From the NCBI GenBank assembly GCA_036340075.1, contig JAYYZJ010000005.1, positions 101,980 through 165,979 of the forward strand: a DNA stretch of 64,000 nt, in the 5' to 3' direction. Made by a program: the position numbers and the translations under genes. Of this stretch, positions 22,739-31,860 are shown one piece after another; position 1 is the first letter of the stretch; every line of letters starts with the position of its first letter. The DNA is from Thermodesulfobacteriota bacterium (GTDB taxonomy: Bacteria; Desulfobacterota_D; UBA1144). The notes below the pieces were generated by a model. That model searched no databases and had not been told where the DNA came from. It saw nothing but the letters and a program-made list of their open reading frames with translations.

Positions 22739-23834
22739 TGTTATACCTCTTAAAAAAGTTTTCTTTGAAATTTAAATAACTTCCATTTTTTATTGACTTT
22801 TTAATAGAATTAATCAATTGGCTGTAAAAGTAAAGATTAGATAGTGACATTAATGATAATGCTGCAATTTCTTTTGATAAATAGAGATGCCTTATGTATC
22901 CAATAGAGTAATTTTTACATATATAGCAATCACAATCTGGATCTATAGGGTCATCTGACATTGAATAAACTTTATTTTTTATATTTATTTTACCTCTAGA
23001 TGTGAACAGTGTGCCATTTCTTGCATTTCTAGTTGGTACCACACAATCAAACATATCAACACCCATTTCTACACAATTAATTATATCTTCTGGTTTCCCT
23101 ATTCCCATTGAATATCTAGGTTTATCGTAAGGCAACAAGGAGCAAGTATAATCTGTAATTTCATATATCAAGTCTTGCTTTTCTCCTAATCCTAGGCCTC
23201 CAATTGCATAGCCATCAAAACCTATTTCAGTTATATGCTCTGCGGACAACTTCCTCAAATCTTTATAAGTCCCACCTTGAATAATACCAAACAACTGGTT
23301 TTCACTTTTTTTGGATTCTTTACATCTCAATGCCCAATTTCTTGTTCTATTAATTGATTTTGTCATTAAATCATATTCCGAATCTGATTTGGGACAGTCG
23401 TCTAATATCATCATAATATCTGATCCCAAAGACTCCTGAATATCAATAGAGAGTTCAGGTGTAATCAAATGGTTTGAACCATCAATAAAAGATTTAAAAG
23501 TAACCCCTTCATCCTCTATTTTTGCAGATGAAGATAAGCTGAATATTTGAAATCCACCACTGTCAGTTACAATATTCCCTTTCCAATTTAGAAATGAATG
23601 GAGTCCTCCAAAATCCTTAATGCTTTTATGTCCAGGTCTTAAGAATAAATGATAAGCGTTAACGATTATTGAATTAAATTCTAAAGAATCAAGAGAATCA
23701 ATGCTTAATGCTTTTGGAGCACCTGTAGTACATACCGGTAAGAAAACTGGTGTATCTATAAGGCCAGATTTTGTAGTTATTGTTCCGGATCTTGCATTTG
23801 AATTTGGATCTTTGTGTTTGATAGAAAAAGACAT
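22725..23834 (-). CDS. tgt: queuine tRNA-ribosyltransferase
   Basis: 369 aa. TIM-barrel Tgt motifs (DSGGFQ, zinc site CxCxxC...H: CDCYICKNYSIGYIRHL). Confidence 0.9.
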   Translation of the reverse strand: MSFSIKHKDPNSNARSGTITTKSGLIDTPVFLPVCTTGAPKALSIDSLDSLEFNSIIVNAYHLFLRPGHKSIKDFGGLHSFLNWKGNIVTDSGGFQIFSLSSSAKIEDEGVTFKSFIDGSNHLITPELSIDIQESLGSDIMMILDDCPKSDSEYDLMTKSINRTRNWALRCKESKKSENQLFGIIQGGTYKDLRKLSAEHITEIGFDGYAIGGLGLGEKQDLIYEITDYTCSLLPYDKPRYSMGIGKPEDIINCVEMGVDMFDCVVPTRNARNGTLFTSRGKINIKNKVYSMSDDPIDPDCDCYICKNYSIGYIRHLYLSKEIAALSLMSLSNLYFYSQLINSIKKSIKNGSYLNFKENFFKRYNNEET

Positions 23835-23842
23835 TTAAAGAA

Positions 23843-24598
23843 TTATTCTAGTAGATCCAATATAGTGTAGAATCCATTCCTTTTTCTTGTTATTTTATTT
23901 CCCATAACCAAAGCCCCTGTAGCAAAAATACTTCTATCTAAAGCCTCATGTGTTATATAAATGTTTTCTTGGTCACCAAAAGAAATCAGAGTATGTTCCC
24001 CTACAGCAGACCCTTTTCTAATTGAATTGATATTTATATCAGCTTTCTTTTTTGAGGATTTTCTTATTGTATCCGCCATCAATATAGCTGTGCCACTTGG
24101 GCTATCAATCTTTTTTTTATGGTGAGTTTCAGTTATTTCCAAATCAGTAGATTCAAAATATTCAATATTTTGAATTAAAATTTTAAGAAGCACATTGATA
24201 CCAACACTCATATTATATGATTGGAGTATTGGGATTTTCTTTGATAACATCTTTAAAGTTCTCATCTGGCTTCTAGTGAAACCAGTAGTACCAGTAACAA
24301 AAGGAATTTTTAATTTAGAAGCAATTCTAGCAAGATTTATCGCTGAATCTGGTGTAGAGAAATCAACAATGAAATCAACTTCAAAGTCCTTCTTTTGCTC
24401 TTCAATTAAAACTTTTTTCAAAGAAAATTTTTTCTTTTCTTTTTCAGAATATAGCTCTTTTCCTATTCTAGGATGATTTGGATATTCAAATGCATAACTA
24501 ATTTGAAAATCTTTTTTAGTTTTGCATAAGTCAGATATTGCTGTTCCCATTCTTCCTAATGCACCATTAAGAGCAATTGTTTTTTTGTTTTTACTCAT
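23843..24598 (-). CDS. dapB: 4-hydroxy-tetrahydrodipicolinate reductase
   Basis: 251 aa. N-terminal NAD(P) site ALNGALGRMG and a DapB-like C-terminal domain. Confidence 0.75.
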   Translation of the reverse strand: MSKNKKTIALNGALGRMGTAISDLCKTKKDFQISYAFEYPNHPRIGKELYSEKEKKKFSLKKVLIEEQKKDFEVDFIVDFSTPDSAINLARIASKLKIPFVTGTTGFTRSQMRTLKMLSKKIPILQSYNMSVGINVLLKILIQNIEYFESTDLEITETHHKKKIDSPSGTAILMADTIRKSSKKKADININSIRKGSAVGEHTLISFGDQENIYITHEALDRSIFATGALVMGNKITRKRNGFYTILDLLE

Positions 24599-24654
24599 AA
24601 ATAAAGGATAATACTTGTATTAAATTTTATTGCAAAGTATAAAAAGAGAATTCT

Positions 24655-25503
24655 ATGACAAGAAGTATGACAGGTTATTCATCTATTTCTGGAACCCATG
24701 ATTTATTTAATTTCCTAATACAAATCAGATCTGAAAATAGCAAAAGTTTAGAAATATCAATCATTGATGACTTAAACAATTTCAAATTACAAGAAAAAAT
24801 AAAAAAAATAATAAGAAAAGATTTCTCAAGAGGTAAAATTAGAATTGTCATAAGTTGCAAGCCAGATCAAAAGTTCGTAAAATCTAAAAATATCGAAAAA
24901 GTATTATCAGATTTTACTAATTTAACAAAAAAAAGAGGACTCGTACCAACCATTTCTCTTCTAGAATTAAGAGAGATTATAAATACAGAATCTACCAAAA
25001 TGCAATCAAATCTTAAAAATGAACAATATCAGATTTTTTTAACGAAAAAAGCAATAAATCAATTAATAAAAAATCAAAAAGAAGAAGGTTACAAACTGCT
25101 AAAAGAGTTAAATAAAAAGATTAATAATATTTCCAAATTAATTCAAAAAATAGACTACCAAGTTGGTAAATTTAGTAAAAGAATAACTAGAAGATATGAA
25201 AAAGAGTTCTCAAAAATAAAGACTGTTGAAGATTTTGATATAAAAAGAGAAATTTCAATCTTATTAGAAAAAGTGGATATCGAGGAAGAGATTATAAAAC
25301 TAGAATCTCATATTTCTAAACTTAAAAGCATTATTAAAACTTCGGAGCCAAAAGGTTTGATGATAGATTTTTATATGCAAGAAATTAACAGGGAAGCAAA
25401 TACGCTAGCATCAAAAAGCAAAGACTTTTCAATATCAAAGTATTCAATTGAAATTAAAAGAGACTTGAACCAAATAAGAGAGATTGCTGCGAATATTATT
25501 TAA
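24655..25503 (+). CDS. YicC-family stress-induced protein
   Basis: 282 aa. MTRSMTGY N-terminus matching the YicC MxRSMTGF motif, plus a C-terminal DUF1732-like EEEIxKLxSHI segment. Confidence 0.65.
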   Translation: MTRSMTGYSSISGTHDLFNFLIQIRSENSKSLEISIIDDLNNFKLQEKIKKIIRKDFSRGKIRIVISCKPDQKFVKSKNIEKVLSDFTNLTKKRGLVPTISLLELREIINTESTKMQSNLKNEQYQIFLTKKAINQLIKNQKEEGYKLLKELNKKINNISKLIQKIDYQVGKFSKRITRRYEKEFSKIKTVEDFDIKREISILLEKVDIEEEIIKLESHISKLKSIIKTSEPKGLMIDFYMQEINREANTLASKSKDFSISKYSIEIKRDLNQIREIAANII

Positions 25504-26270
25504 TCTTTAGATAGTATTATTGGTCTAAAAACGTATAGAACATTCTTTCTTGCGTAATTCTCTGATGAAAATTTATATTCATAAACTTCTTTGACTTTCC
25601 TATGTAAAACATAATTCATTTTTTCTTTAGTGGAAAATACTTTACTCTTTTTTTCTCGGAATATTGTAGAATCAGGTCCACCGTAATGCAATAGTTCAAC
25701 CTCACCTCTTTTAATTACTTTTTTAATATTATTTTTCAAAAAGTTTTCAAAAAAATTCAGAACATCAGAAATTTTTCCTGTTGCTCTAGATACAAAAATA
25801 TCTGGAATCTCTTCTTCCAATAGCAAATGTTCGAGTCTGGCATGATTAATTTTAATTAAATTTATTGGCAACCTTTTTCTTATCTTTGTGCTAATCAAAT
25901 TTAGAAAATCACACTTTTTTCTATTGGAATCCAACAAATGTATTTTTTTAATTAATTTTTTACTTTTACAAATTTGATCATACAGTATTAAAGGTATCCC
26001 CGGGAAGCCTGCCCCAGAGCCTATATCAAGCATATGGCAACTTTTCTTAAATTTATTTTTTTCTAAAAATCGCTCAAAGCCTAATATTGAATCAATAAAA
26101 TGCTTATCAACTATCTCTTCTTCTTTCACTATTCTAGTTAAATTATATTTCTTATTTTCAATAACTAGTAATTCAGCGAATTCATCTAGAGCTTCAATTA
26201 AATCTTGATTTAACAAAAGCTTGTTACTTGTAAATTTTTCTTTTATTAGATTTTTAATTTCGGAGGACAC
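25500..26270 (-). CDS. rsmG: 16S rRNA (guanine527-N7)-methyltransferase RsmG; probable GTG start at 26270
   Basis: LDIGSGAGFPGIPL SAM-binding motif. The GTG start is preceded by AAGGAG and shares its G with the stop of the upstream MFS gene (TAGTG). Confidence 0.7.
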   Translation of the reverse strand: MSSEIKNLIKEKFTSNKLLLNQDLIEALDEFAELLVIENKKYNLTRIVKEEEIVDKHFIDSILGFERFLEKNKFKKSCHMLDIGSGAGFPGIPLILYDQICKSKKLIKKIHLLDSNRKKCDFLNLISTKIRKRLPINLIKINHARLEHLLLEEEIPDIFVSRATGKISDVLNFFENFLKNNIKKVIKRGEVELLHYGGPDSTIFREKKSKVFSTKEKMNYVLHRKVKEVYEYKFSSENYARKNVLYVFRPIILSKD

Positions 26271-27412
26271 TAAATCGTACTCCTTTTTCTCACAATGAGG
26301 AAGATGATGCCTAGAAATATTACACATGATGAGAATTGGAACATTGTATTAAATCCCCAAATCTCAGCTATAAAGCCATAAAAAAGAGTCATAAGATTAA
26401 CTCCTATACTAAAAGAACAGTTTAAGGCTCCAAACAACCTTCCACTCAAAGACTTTGATTTTCCTGATAATGTGATTGAAGACAAGAAGGGGTAAACAAG
26501 TGAATATGTTAAAGAAAAAAAGATAGAAAAAATAACGACATCATATTTTGTTCCTATATAAGGCAACATAAAAATTGATAATGAAAATAATGAGAGCATA
26601 ATTAAAATTTTGTTAAATAATTTATCAGAAGAAAATCTTGAGGAAAGAAATATTCTTGATAATGAAACAACTATGCTATATGCAATAAAAAAGAACCCGA
26701 CCGATAGACTGTTGTTTTTAAGAAAAAGCGATAAAAAATTCATTACAACACCAAAGCCTGATGCTAAGAGAAAATTAGCAAACAAATAATTAAATATTTT
26801 ATTTTCACTAATTATCTTAAAAAAACTTAAGGTGTCTATAGAAGAATCTTTATCATTTGATTCTTCATGAACAAAAATTATTAGGACTAGTGAAACGAAA
26901 GAAAATAAGGATGCGTATATAAAGAACTCATCAAAACCGACATTTATTATAATTTTCTCTGAAAAAAATGGTCCTAAGAAGTATGATAGTATCGTAAATG
27001 AACTAAATAATGATAAGCCAACTTGTTTATCACTATCATCAAGGTTGTTTGATGCTATCGCTGATGATGAATTAAAAAAAATGGAGAATGCTACTCCTTG
27101 TATGATTCTTAAAAGTAGAATTAAGTAAAAATTAGTTATATGAATAAATAAAAATGAAGAGGTAAACATAAGGCATAAAGCAAAAATACATAATATTTTC
27201 TTACCATATTTATCTATTAATGTTGATGTGTATGGTGTTAAAAGTATTGAAGATAAACCAAAAGTTGCCATGATAATTCCAATATCCGATTTGGAATAAC
27301 CTAAATTATCTAAGAACAACGGTAGCAAAAAGAAGCAAGAAAAGTTTACAAAGAAAAAACAATTAGAAAAAGTTGCTAGAATGAAATTTTTGTTAAATTT
27401 ATTAAACAACAT
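26270..27412 (-). CDS. MFS transporter
   Basis: 380 aa, about 12 TM. TLIDKYGKK loop between TM2 and TM3. Confidence 0.7.
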   Translation of the reverse strand: MLFNKFNKNFILATFSNCFFFVNFSCFFLLPLFLDNLGYSKSDIGIIMATFGLSSILLTPYTSTLIDKYGKKILCIFALCLMFTSSFLFIHITNFYLILLLRIIQGVAFSIFFNSSSAIASNNLDDSDKQVGLSLFSSFTILSYFLGPFFSEKIIINVGFDEFFIYASLFSFVSLVLIIFVHEESNDKDSSIDTLSFFKIISENKIFNYLFANFLLASGFGVVMNFLSLFLKNNSLSVGFFFIAYSIVVSLSRIFLSSRFSSDKLFNKILIMLSLFSLSIFMLPYIGTKYDVVIFSIFFSLTYSLVYPFLSSITLSGKSKSLSGRLFGALNCSFSIGVNLMTLFYGFIAEIWGFNTMFQFSSCVIFLGIIFLIVRKRSTI

Positions 27413-27435
27413 ACTTATAGAATATTAAACTAGCT

Positions 27436-27463
27436 TTGACAAAAAGGGGCAACAATATATACT
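27436..27463 (+). promoter_or_regulatory. sigma-70-type promoter (TTGACA-16 nt-TATACT) upstream of the tRNA-Lys/tRNA-Glu/cspA unit
   Basis: Consensus -35 TTGACA at 27436-27441 and -10 TATACT at 27458-27463, 12 nt before the tRNA-Lys 5' end. Confidence 0.5.
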
Positions 27464-27474
27464 GAATGTCCAAA

Positions 27475-27548
27475 GGGCCGTTAGCTCAGCTTGGTAGAGC
27501 AACTCCCTTTTAAGGAGTGGGTCGCAGGTTCGAATCCTGCACGGCTCA
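27475..27548 (+). tRNA. tRNA-Lys (anticodon UUU)
   Basis: Cloverleaf identified by hand: acceptor GGGCCGT/ACGGCTC (one G-U pair), D-arm TAGCTCAGCTTGGTAGAGC, anticodon stem ACTCC/GGAGT with loop CTTTTAA, T-arm GCAGGTTCGAATCCTGC. CCA is not encoded. Confidence 0.9.
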
Positions 27549-27549
27549 T

Positions 27550-27624
27550 GTCCCCATCGTCTAGTTTGGTCTAGGACACCGCCCTTTCACGGCGAAAACA
27601 GGGGTTCAAATCCCCTTGGGGACG
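27550..27624 (+). tRNA. tRNA-Glu (anticodon UUC)
   Basis: Acceptor GTCCCCA/TGGGGAC, anticodon loop CTTTCAC in the CGCC/GGCG stem, T-arm AGGGGTTCAAATCCCCT. Near-identical to the canonical bacterial tRNA-Glu. Sits 1 nt after tRNA-Lys. Confidence 0.9.
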
Positions 27625-27645
27625 TAATATAAGGAGGGCAATTTT

Positions 27646-27849
27646 ATGCCTAAAGGTAAAGTTAAATGGTTTAATTCCAAAAAGAGATTTGGATTTATTG
27701 AACCAGAAGATGGGGGCAAAGATGTCTTTGTTCACATTTCAGCACTCGAAACCGCTGGTATTGAATCACTAAATGAAGGTGATGAGGTAACATTTGAAGT
27801 GGTTAGCGAGAATGGCAAAGAAAAAGCTAGTGATCTTAAACTTTCATAA
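27646..27849 (+). CDS. cspA: cold-shock protein (CspA family)
   Basis: 67 aa. [16 protein letters not shown] (RNP1) and VFVHISAL (RNP2). AGGAGG RBS 8 nt upstream. Starts 22 nt after tRNA-Glu. Confidence 0.9.
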   Translation: MPKGKVKWFNSKKRFGFIEPEDGGKDVFVHISALETAGIESLNEGDEVTFEVVSENGKEKASDLKLS

Positions 27850-27887
27850 GTAAATAAGTAATCAAGTATTTCATAGTCATTAATAAA

Positions 27888-27922
27888 GGCAAAGGTGTTT
27901 ATCACCTTTGCCGTATTTTTAT
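27888..27922 (+). terminator. rho-independent terminator after cspA
   Basis: Perfect 10-bp stem GGCAAAGGTG/CACCTTTGCC with loop TTTAT, followed by GTATTTTTAT. Confidence 0.75.
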
Positions 27923-28197
27923 AATTTTTTAAAAATCTTAATATTAAGATTTAATTGTATTTTTGTAAATTTTCTTCAATCATAAGACAAGACTTTTTAA
28001 TAAAAACCTTGAATTATTTAAAATCATGATTAGATATAAAAAATGAAGACATTATTAAAAAAAGTAAATATTCGTTCTAGCAAGTATAAGGTTGTTAATA
28101 TTTACGAAGATGCTGTTAACCTTATTGATAAATATAATCTAAATATCTCTAAAAATAATAAACCATCTGTAAAAAAACATATAAAAGAAAAAAACAA

Positions 28198-29151
28198 TTA
28201 AGAATTTTTAAGTAGTTTATTCTTTGAGTCAGATACAACATTAGGCAAACTAAACAAATCGTTTACAAAAGTAGCTCCGATTTCTTCATAAGTATCCAAA
28301 TAAAGAGTGGACCGTTTCCCACCAATAATTATTTCATATTCTACGCCTATACCCTTCCTTATCTGGATTAATTCATAAGGTATCATTTCATCATTTAATG
28401 GATAAAGAATGCTTAACAGAATAGCTGATGCTTTAGAATCCTTAAAAGCTTCTACAATATTGTCTGAATCTAAATCAGTTCCAAGATAAATAGGATTCCA
28501 ACCTGCCGAGAGTGTAATGCAAGCATTTACTAAACAACCTAATTCAGCTTTTTGACCTTTTGGTGTTGCAATTAAGATTGATGGCATAGAATTTTGTAAA
28601 GTTCTATTCCTATAAGAAGATCTATAATTTTCTAAATAGTTTCTGATAACAGCATTAGCAAATCTTTCCTGAGATTTGGTAATCATATTGTTTTTCCACA
28701 AACGTCCAATATGTTTTATAAATGGAATCATAAATTTATGAATCACATACACATCTCCTAATTCTAATGCAACATCATAGATATTTTTCTCTAATTGAGC
28801 AATGTTGTAAGTCTTAGTATTTTCTATACAACTATCAAAATAGTGCTTAGTTAGACTATTCAATTTCTCTAGCTCAGGATACTCAACATTAGATTCACCG
28901 CTTTGTACTTCAGAGACGAGGTTTCTTAGTTCTGATAAGTTTAATGTGCCTATTTCTTGCAAAGTAAAACCAATTGCTTTAGCCTCATTCATTAGTTGTA
29001 ATATCTCTAAATCTTTATCAGTAAATCTTCTACTACCTTTAGAAGACCTATTTATTTTAAGTATTGGGTATCTTTCTTCCCATTTCCTGATTTGATCAGC
29101 AGAAAGGCCTGTTATCTTACTTACAACCCTCATAGGATAGCTGTGAGACAT
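28198..29151 (-). CDS. MerR-family transcriptional regulator with C-terminal B12-binding-like domain (CarH/LitR-like, His ligand not conserved)
   Basis: N-terminal MerR HTH (MRVVSKITGLSADQIRKWEERY). The C-terminal segment SILIATPKGQKAELGCLVNACITLSAGWNPIYLGTDL aligns to the cobalamin-binding Rossmann motif GE-x-HELG...G-x-x-v-x-yLG, but the His is replaced by Ala. Confidence 0.7.
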   Translation of the reverse strand: MSHSYPMRVVSKITGLSADQIRKWEERYPILKINRSSKGSRRFTDKDLEILQLMNEAKAIGFTLQEIGTLNLSELRNLVSEVQSGESNVEYPELEKLNSLTKHYFDSCIENTKTYNIAQLEKNIYDVALELGDVYVIHKFMIPFIKHIGRLWKNNMITKSQERFANAVIRNYLENYRSSYRNRTLQNSMPSILIATPKGQKAELGCLVNACITLSAGWNPIYLGTDLDSDNIVEAFKDSKASAILLSILYPLNDEMIPYELIQIRKGIGVEYEIIIGGKRSTLYLDTYEEIGATFVNDLFSLPNVVSDSKNKLLKNS

Positions 29152-29269
29152 ATAATAATAGTATCAAAAAAGATAAGAATGTCAATGTATATTAATATTT
29201 TGTCTAATTTTTTCTAAAGTTTATTGATTATATATTGACATATATCAGACATTATTTAATATTATAAAT

Positions 29270-30274
29270 ATGCAATCTTTGAATGCTAACAATAAAGGCT
29301 CTAGGAAATCTTTCTTAACGAATAAAAGCTCTGCATCTAAAGCAGATACTTCAGAATACGAACTTGTAAAAGATTACTATTCTAAAGCTCTTACCGCTCC
29401 ACTGCTTAGCGGAGAAGAAGAAAGGAATATATCATCTCGGTTGAGAAAATGTGAAAGTAAAATATCCAGCTTAGAGAGTAAATTAAAAAAATTTCAAAAA
29501 AATAAAATACATTATGAGAGAATTAATATTTTTAAAAAAGCTTTTGAGAAAAAACGAATTTCCTTGTTCCATAAATTTATTGTCTCTAATTTAAGATTAG
29601 TCGTTAGCATAGCAAAAAAATATTCAAATAGAGGTGTAGGCTTACCGGATTTAATTCAGGAAGGAAATATTGGCTTGATGAGAGCAGTTGAGAAATTTGA
29701 CCATACTAAAGGTTTTCGTTTTTCAACATACGCAGCTTGGTGGATTAATCAATCCATTTCAAGATCAATAATGAGTCAGTCAAGATCAATCAAATTACCA
29801 GTATATATTTCTGAAAAATCAGCTCAAATTTTTAAAGCATACAAAGCACTTGAAGTTAAGAATGATAGAAAACCTGATGTTCATGAAATAGCAAATGAAG
29901 TTAATTTACCAACTGAAGCAGTTAAATTTGTAATTGATTCAGGGAAAGAAACTGTTTCACTAGATGCACCAATAACTACAGATGATGCTACATCTTTTCT
30001 TGATTTCCTAAAAGATGAGAATCATTTACAAGATGAAATAAGTACAAATAATTCTTTAACTAATGAGCTAAATGAAGCCCTTGAAATCTTAAACGATAGA
30101 GAGAAGGAAATAATAAGACTACGATTTGGAATTAGCAATAATGAGATTCTAACACTTGAAGAAATTGGAGAAAGATTAGGATTAACACGAGAAAGAATTC
30201 GTCAAATTGAAAAAAAGGCGTTAAACAAAATAAACAGAATACGTGGAAAAGAGCTTAAGGGATATATTAATTAG
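29270..30274 (+). CDS. RNA polymerase sigma factor, sigma-70 family (group 1/2-like: regions 1.2, 2, 3, 4; no region 1.1)
   Basis: 334 aa. [18 protein letters not shown] and [17 protein letters not shown] (region 2), and [25 protein letters not shown] (region 4.2). Confidence 0.85.
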   Translation: MQSLNANNKGSRKSFLTNKSSASKADTSEYELVKDYYSKALTAPLLSGEEERNISSRLRKCESKISSLESKLKKFQKNKIHYERINIFKKAFEKKRISLFHKFIVSNLRLVVSIAKKYSNRGVGLPDLIQEGNIGLMRAVEKFDHTKGFRFSTYAAWWINQSISRSIMSQSRSIKLPVYISEKSAQIFKAYKALEVKNDRKPDVHEIANEVNLPTEAVKFVIDSGKETVSLDAPITTDDATSFLDFLKDENHLQDEISTNNSLTNELNEALEILNDREKEIIRLRFGISNNEILTLEEIGERLGLTRERIRQIEKKALNKINRIRGKELKGYIN

Positions 30275-30428
30275 ACAAACTAATGAATAAACAAAACAAA
30301 TTAAAAGATAAAAAAAATAAGCAAAGAAGCAAAAAAATAAGTCTATCAATTACAACGAAAAAAGACACAACTTCTAAAAAAAAAGATACTATTAGAAGAT
30401 ACACTAGAAATCTATTACTATCTTAATA

Positions 30429-31844
30429 ATGAATTCGTTAATACTAGATAATAAATTTAACTGTTCTGTTGAAAATCTTTTTAAATGGCACAAAAATGAA
30501 TTAGCAATTGAAAGGTTGACTCCACCGTGGGATAACATAAAAATTGTAAGAAAAGAGACTCAAACTGATTCTTATATAAATTCTGGAAAAGTATTGCTTA
30601 ATCAGCAAGTTTTTCCCTTTATCAATTTAAAATGGGAGATTAAACATAAAAATTATTCTGAAAATAAGTCATTTGATGATTTTGCAATTAAAAGTCCTTT
30701 TAGGTCATGGTATCACAAACATTTATTCGACTCTATAGATTCAAATACAAGCAAACTAACTGATGATATGAGTTTCGATTTGTGGCTTAACAATGAATCT
30801 ATTGCTAAGTATATTAAATCTAGACTTATTAAATCATTTAAGTATAGGTATAAAATACTTGCTTTCGACTTGTCGCTTCAAAATAGCATCAATCACTTTA
30901 ATGAATACATTCTTGTTACTGGAGGCACTGGGAATATTGGAAAACATTTGATACCACACCTTAATTCCATTGGATACAAAGTTATCTTGTTGAAATATGA
31001 TAATAAAGCAAATAATGAATATATTGGGAATAATGTTTTTGACAATTCAGAGCTTATCACTTTACCGTGGAATCCGTACAATGATAAGACAATAAGATTT
31101 CCTGAAGAAATAGCTAAAAAAATTAATCATGTGATTAATTTATCTGGGGAAACCATCTTAGGATTATGGACAAAAGAAAAAATGAAAACTATACAGAATA
31201 GCAGGCTTGTTCCTACTAGATCCTTATTTAATTTAATAGATTCAAATAATATTAAATTAATTTCATCTATTCATTCTTCCGCAATTGGAATTTATGGAAG
31301 TAGTTCTGACTCAATAATCTCAGAGGACAGTCTCCCTGGAACAGGGTTTTTGGCTGAAACTACTAAAAATTGGGAGATTGAGCAAAATAAATTCAAACGG
31401 TTCTCTGAAAGGAATATAAACCTAAGAATTGGTGCGGTTCTGTTATACAATGGAGGATTTTTAAAACCCCTACTTATCCCTAACATCTTACGAATTGGAG
31501 TATCTTTCAATAACCATGAAAATTATTTAAGTTGGATTGGCATTGAGGATTTAACAAGAATTGTAAGTTTTACACTAAGAAGTTCTACATTGAATGGACC
31601 AGTAAATGCAGTAGCACCTAATCCATTAACAAATAATGAATTTTTTAAAGTTTTGAATAATAAATTCAAAACAAAATTTACTGTTAATTTTCCTGTATTT
31701 TTACCAAAATTAGTATCTAAAGAACTAACAAAAGAGATAATAATGGCCAATCAAAGGGTTTTTCCTTGTAAACTAACTGATTCGCATTTTAAATACTTTT
31801 CAAATAATCTTTCAGATACATTGGACAATACATTCGGTTTTTAG
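30429..31844 (+). CDS. SRPBCC-like N-terminal domain fused to a YfcH/TIGR01777-family NAD-dependent epimerase-like domain
   Basis: N-terminal about 150 aa with FRSWYHKH. Then a Rossmann VTGGTGNIGKHL and the extended-SDR-like remainder (DUF1731-type C-terminus). Confidence 0.65.
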   Translation: MNSLILDNKFNCSVENLFKWHKNELAIERLTPPWDNIKIVRKETQTDSYINSGKVLLNQQVFPFINLKWEIKHKNYSENKSFDDFAIKSPFRSWYHKHLFDSIDSNTSKLTDDMSFDLWLNNESIAKYIKSRLIKSFKYRYKILAFDLSLQNSINHFNEYILVTGGTGNIGKHLIPHLNSIGYKVILLKYDNKANNEYIGNNVFDNSELITLPWNPYNDKTIRFPEEIAKKINHVINLSGETILGLWTKEKMKTIQNSRLVPTRSLFNLIDSNNIKLISSIHSSAIGIYGSSSDSIISEDSLPGTGFLAETTKNWEIEQNKFKRFSERNINLRIGAVLLYNGGFLKPLLIPNILRIGVSFNNHENYLSWIGIEDLTRIVSFTLRSSTLNGPVNAVAPNPLTNNEFFKVLNNKFKTKFTVNFPVFLPKLVSKELTKEIIMANQRVFPCKLTDSHFKYFSNNLSDTLDNTFGF

Positions 31845-31860
31845 TAATTTATTAATTAAT

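Noticed and set aside
27475-27624. Possibility that the tRNA pair marks an integration hotspot or genomic island
   Set aside because: No integrase, recombinase, direct repeat of a tRNA 3' end, or compositional shift is visible on either side. The flanks are housekeeping genes (an MFS transporter and cspA).
28043-28201. 52-aa lysine-rich plus-strand ORF in the cspA/MerR intergenic region, overlapping the MerR gene's stop
   Set aside because: Lies downstream of a strong terminator with no obvious promoter or RBS, and overlaps the convergent gene's end. AAA-rich chance ORFs are expected at 30% GC.
29152-29269. Palindrome ATATTAATAT and TGTC...TGTC repeats in the MerR/sigma intergenic region, as a specific operator
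   Set aside because: Noted as a plausible operator, but an AT-only 10-bp palindrome has high chance expectation in this composition. I cannot assign it without comparative data, so it is kept only as supporting context in the main finding.
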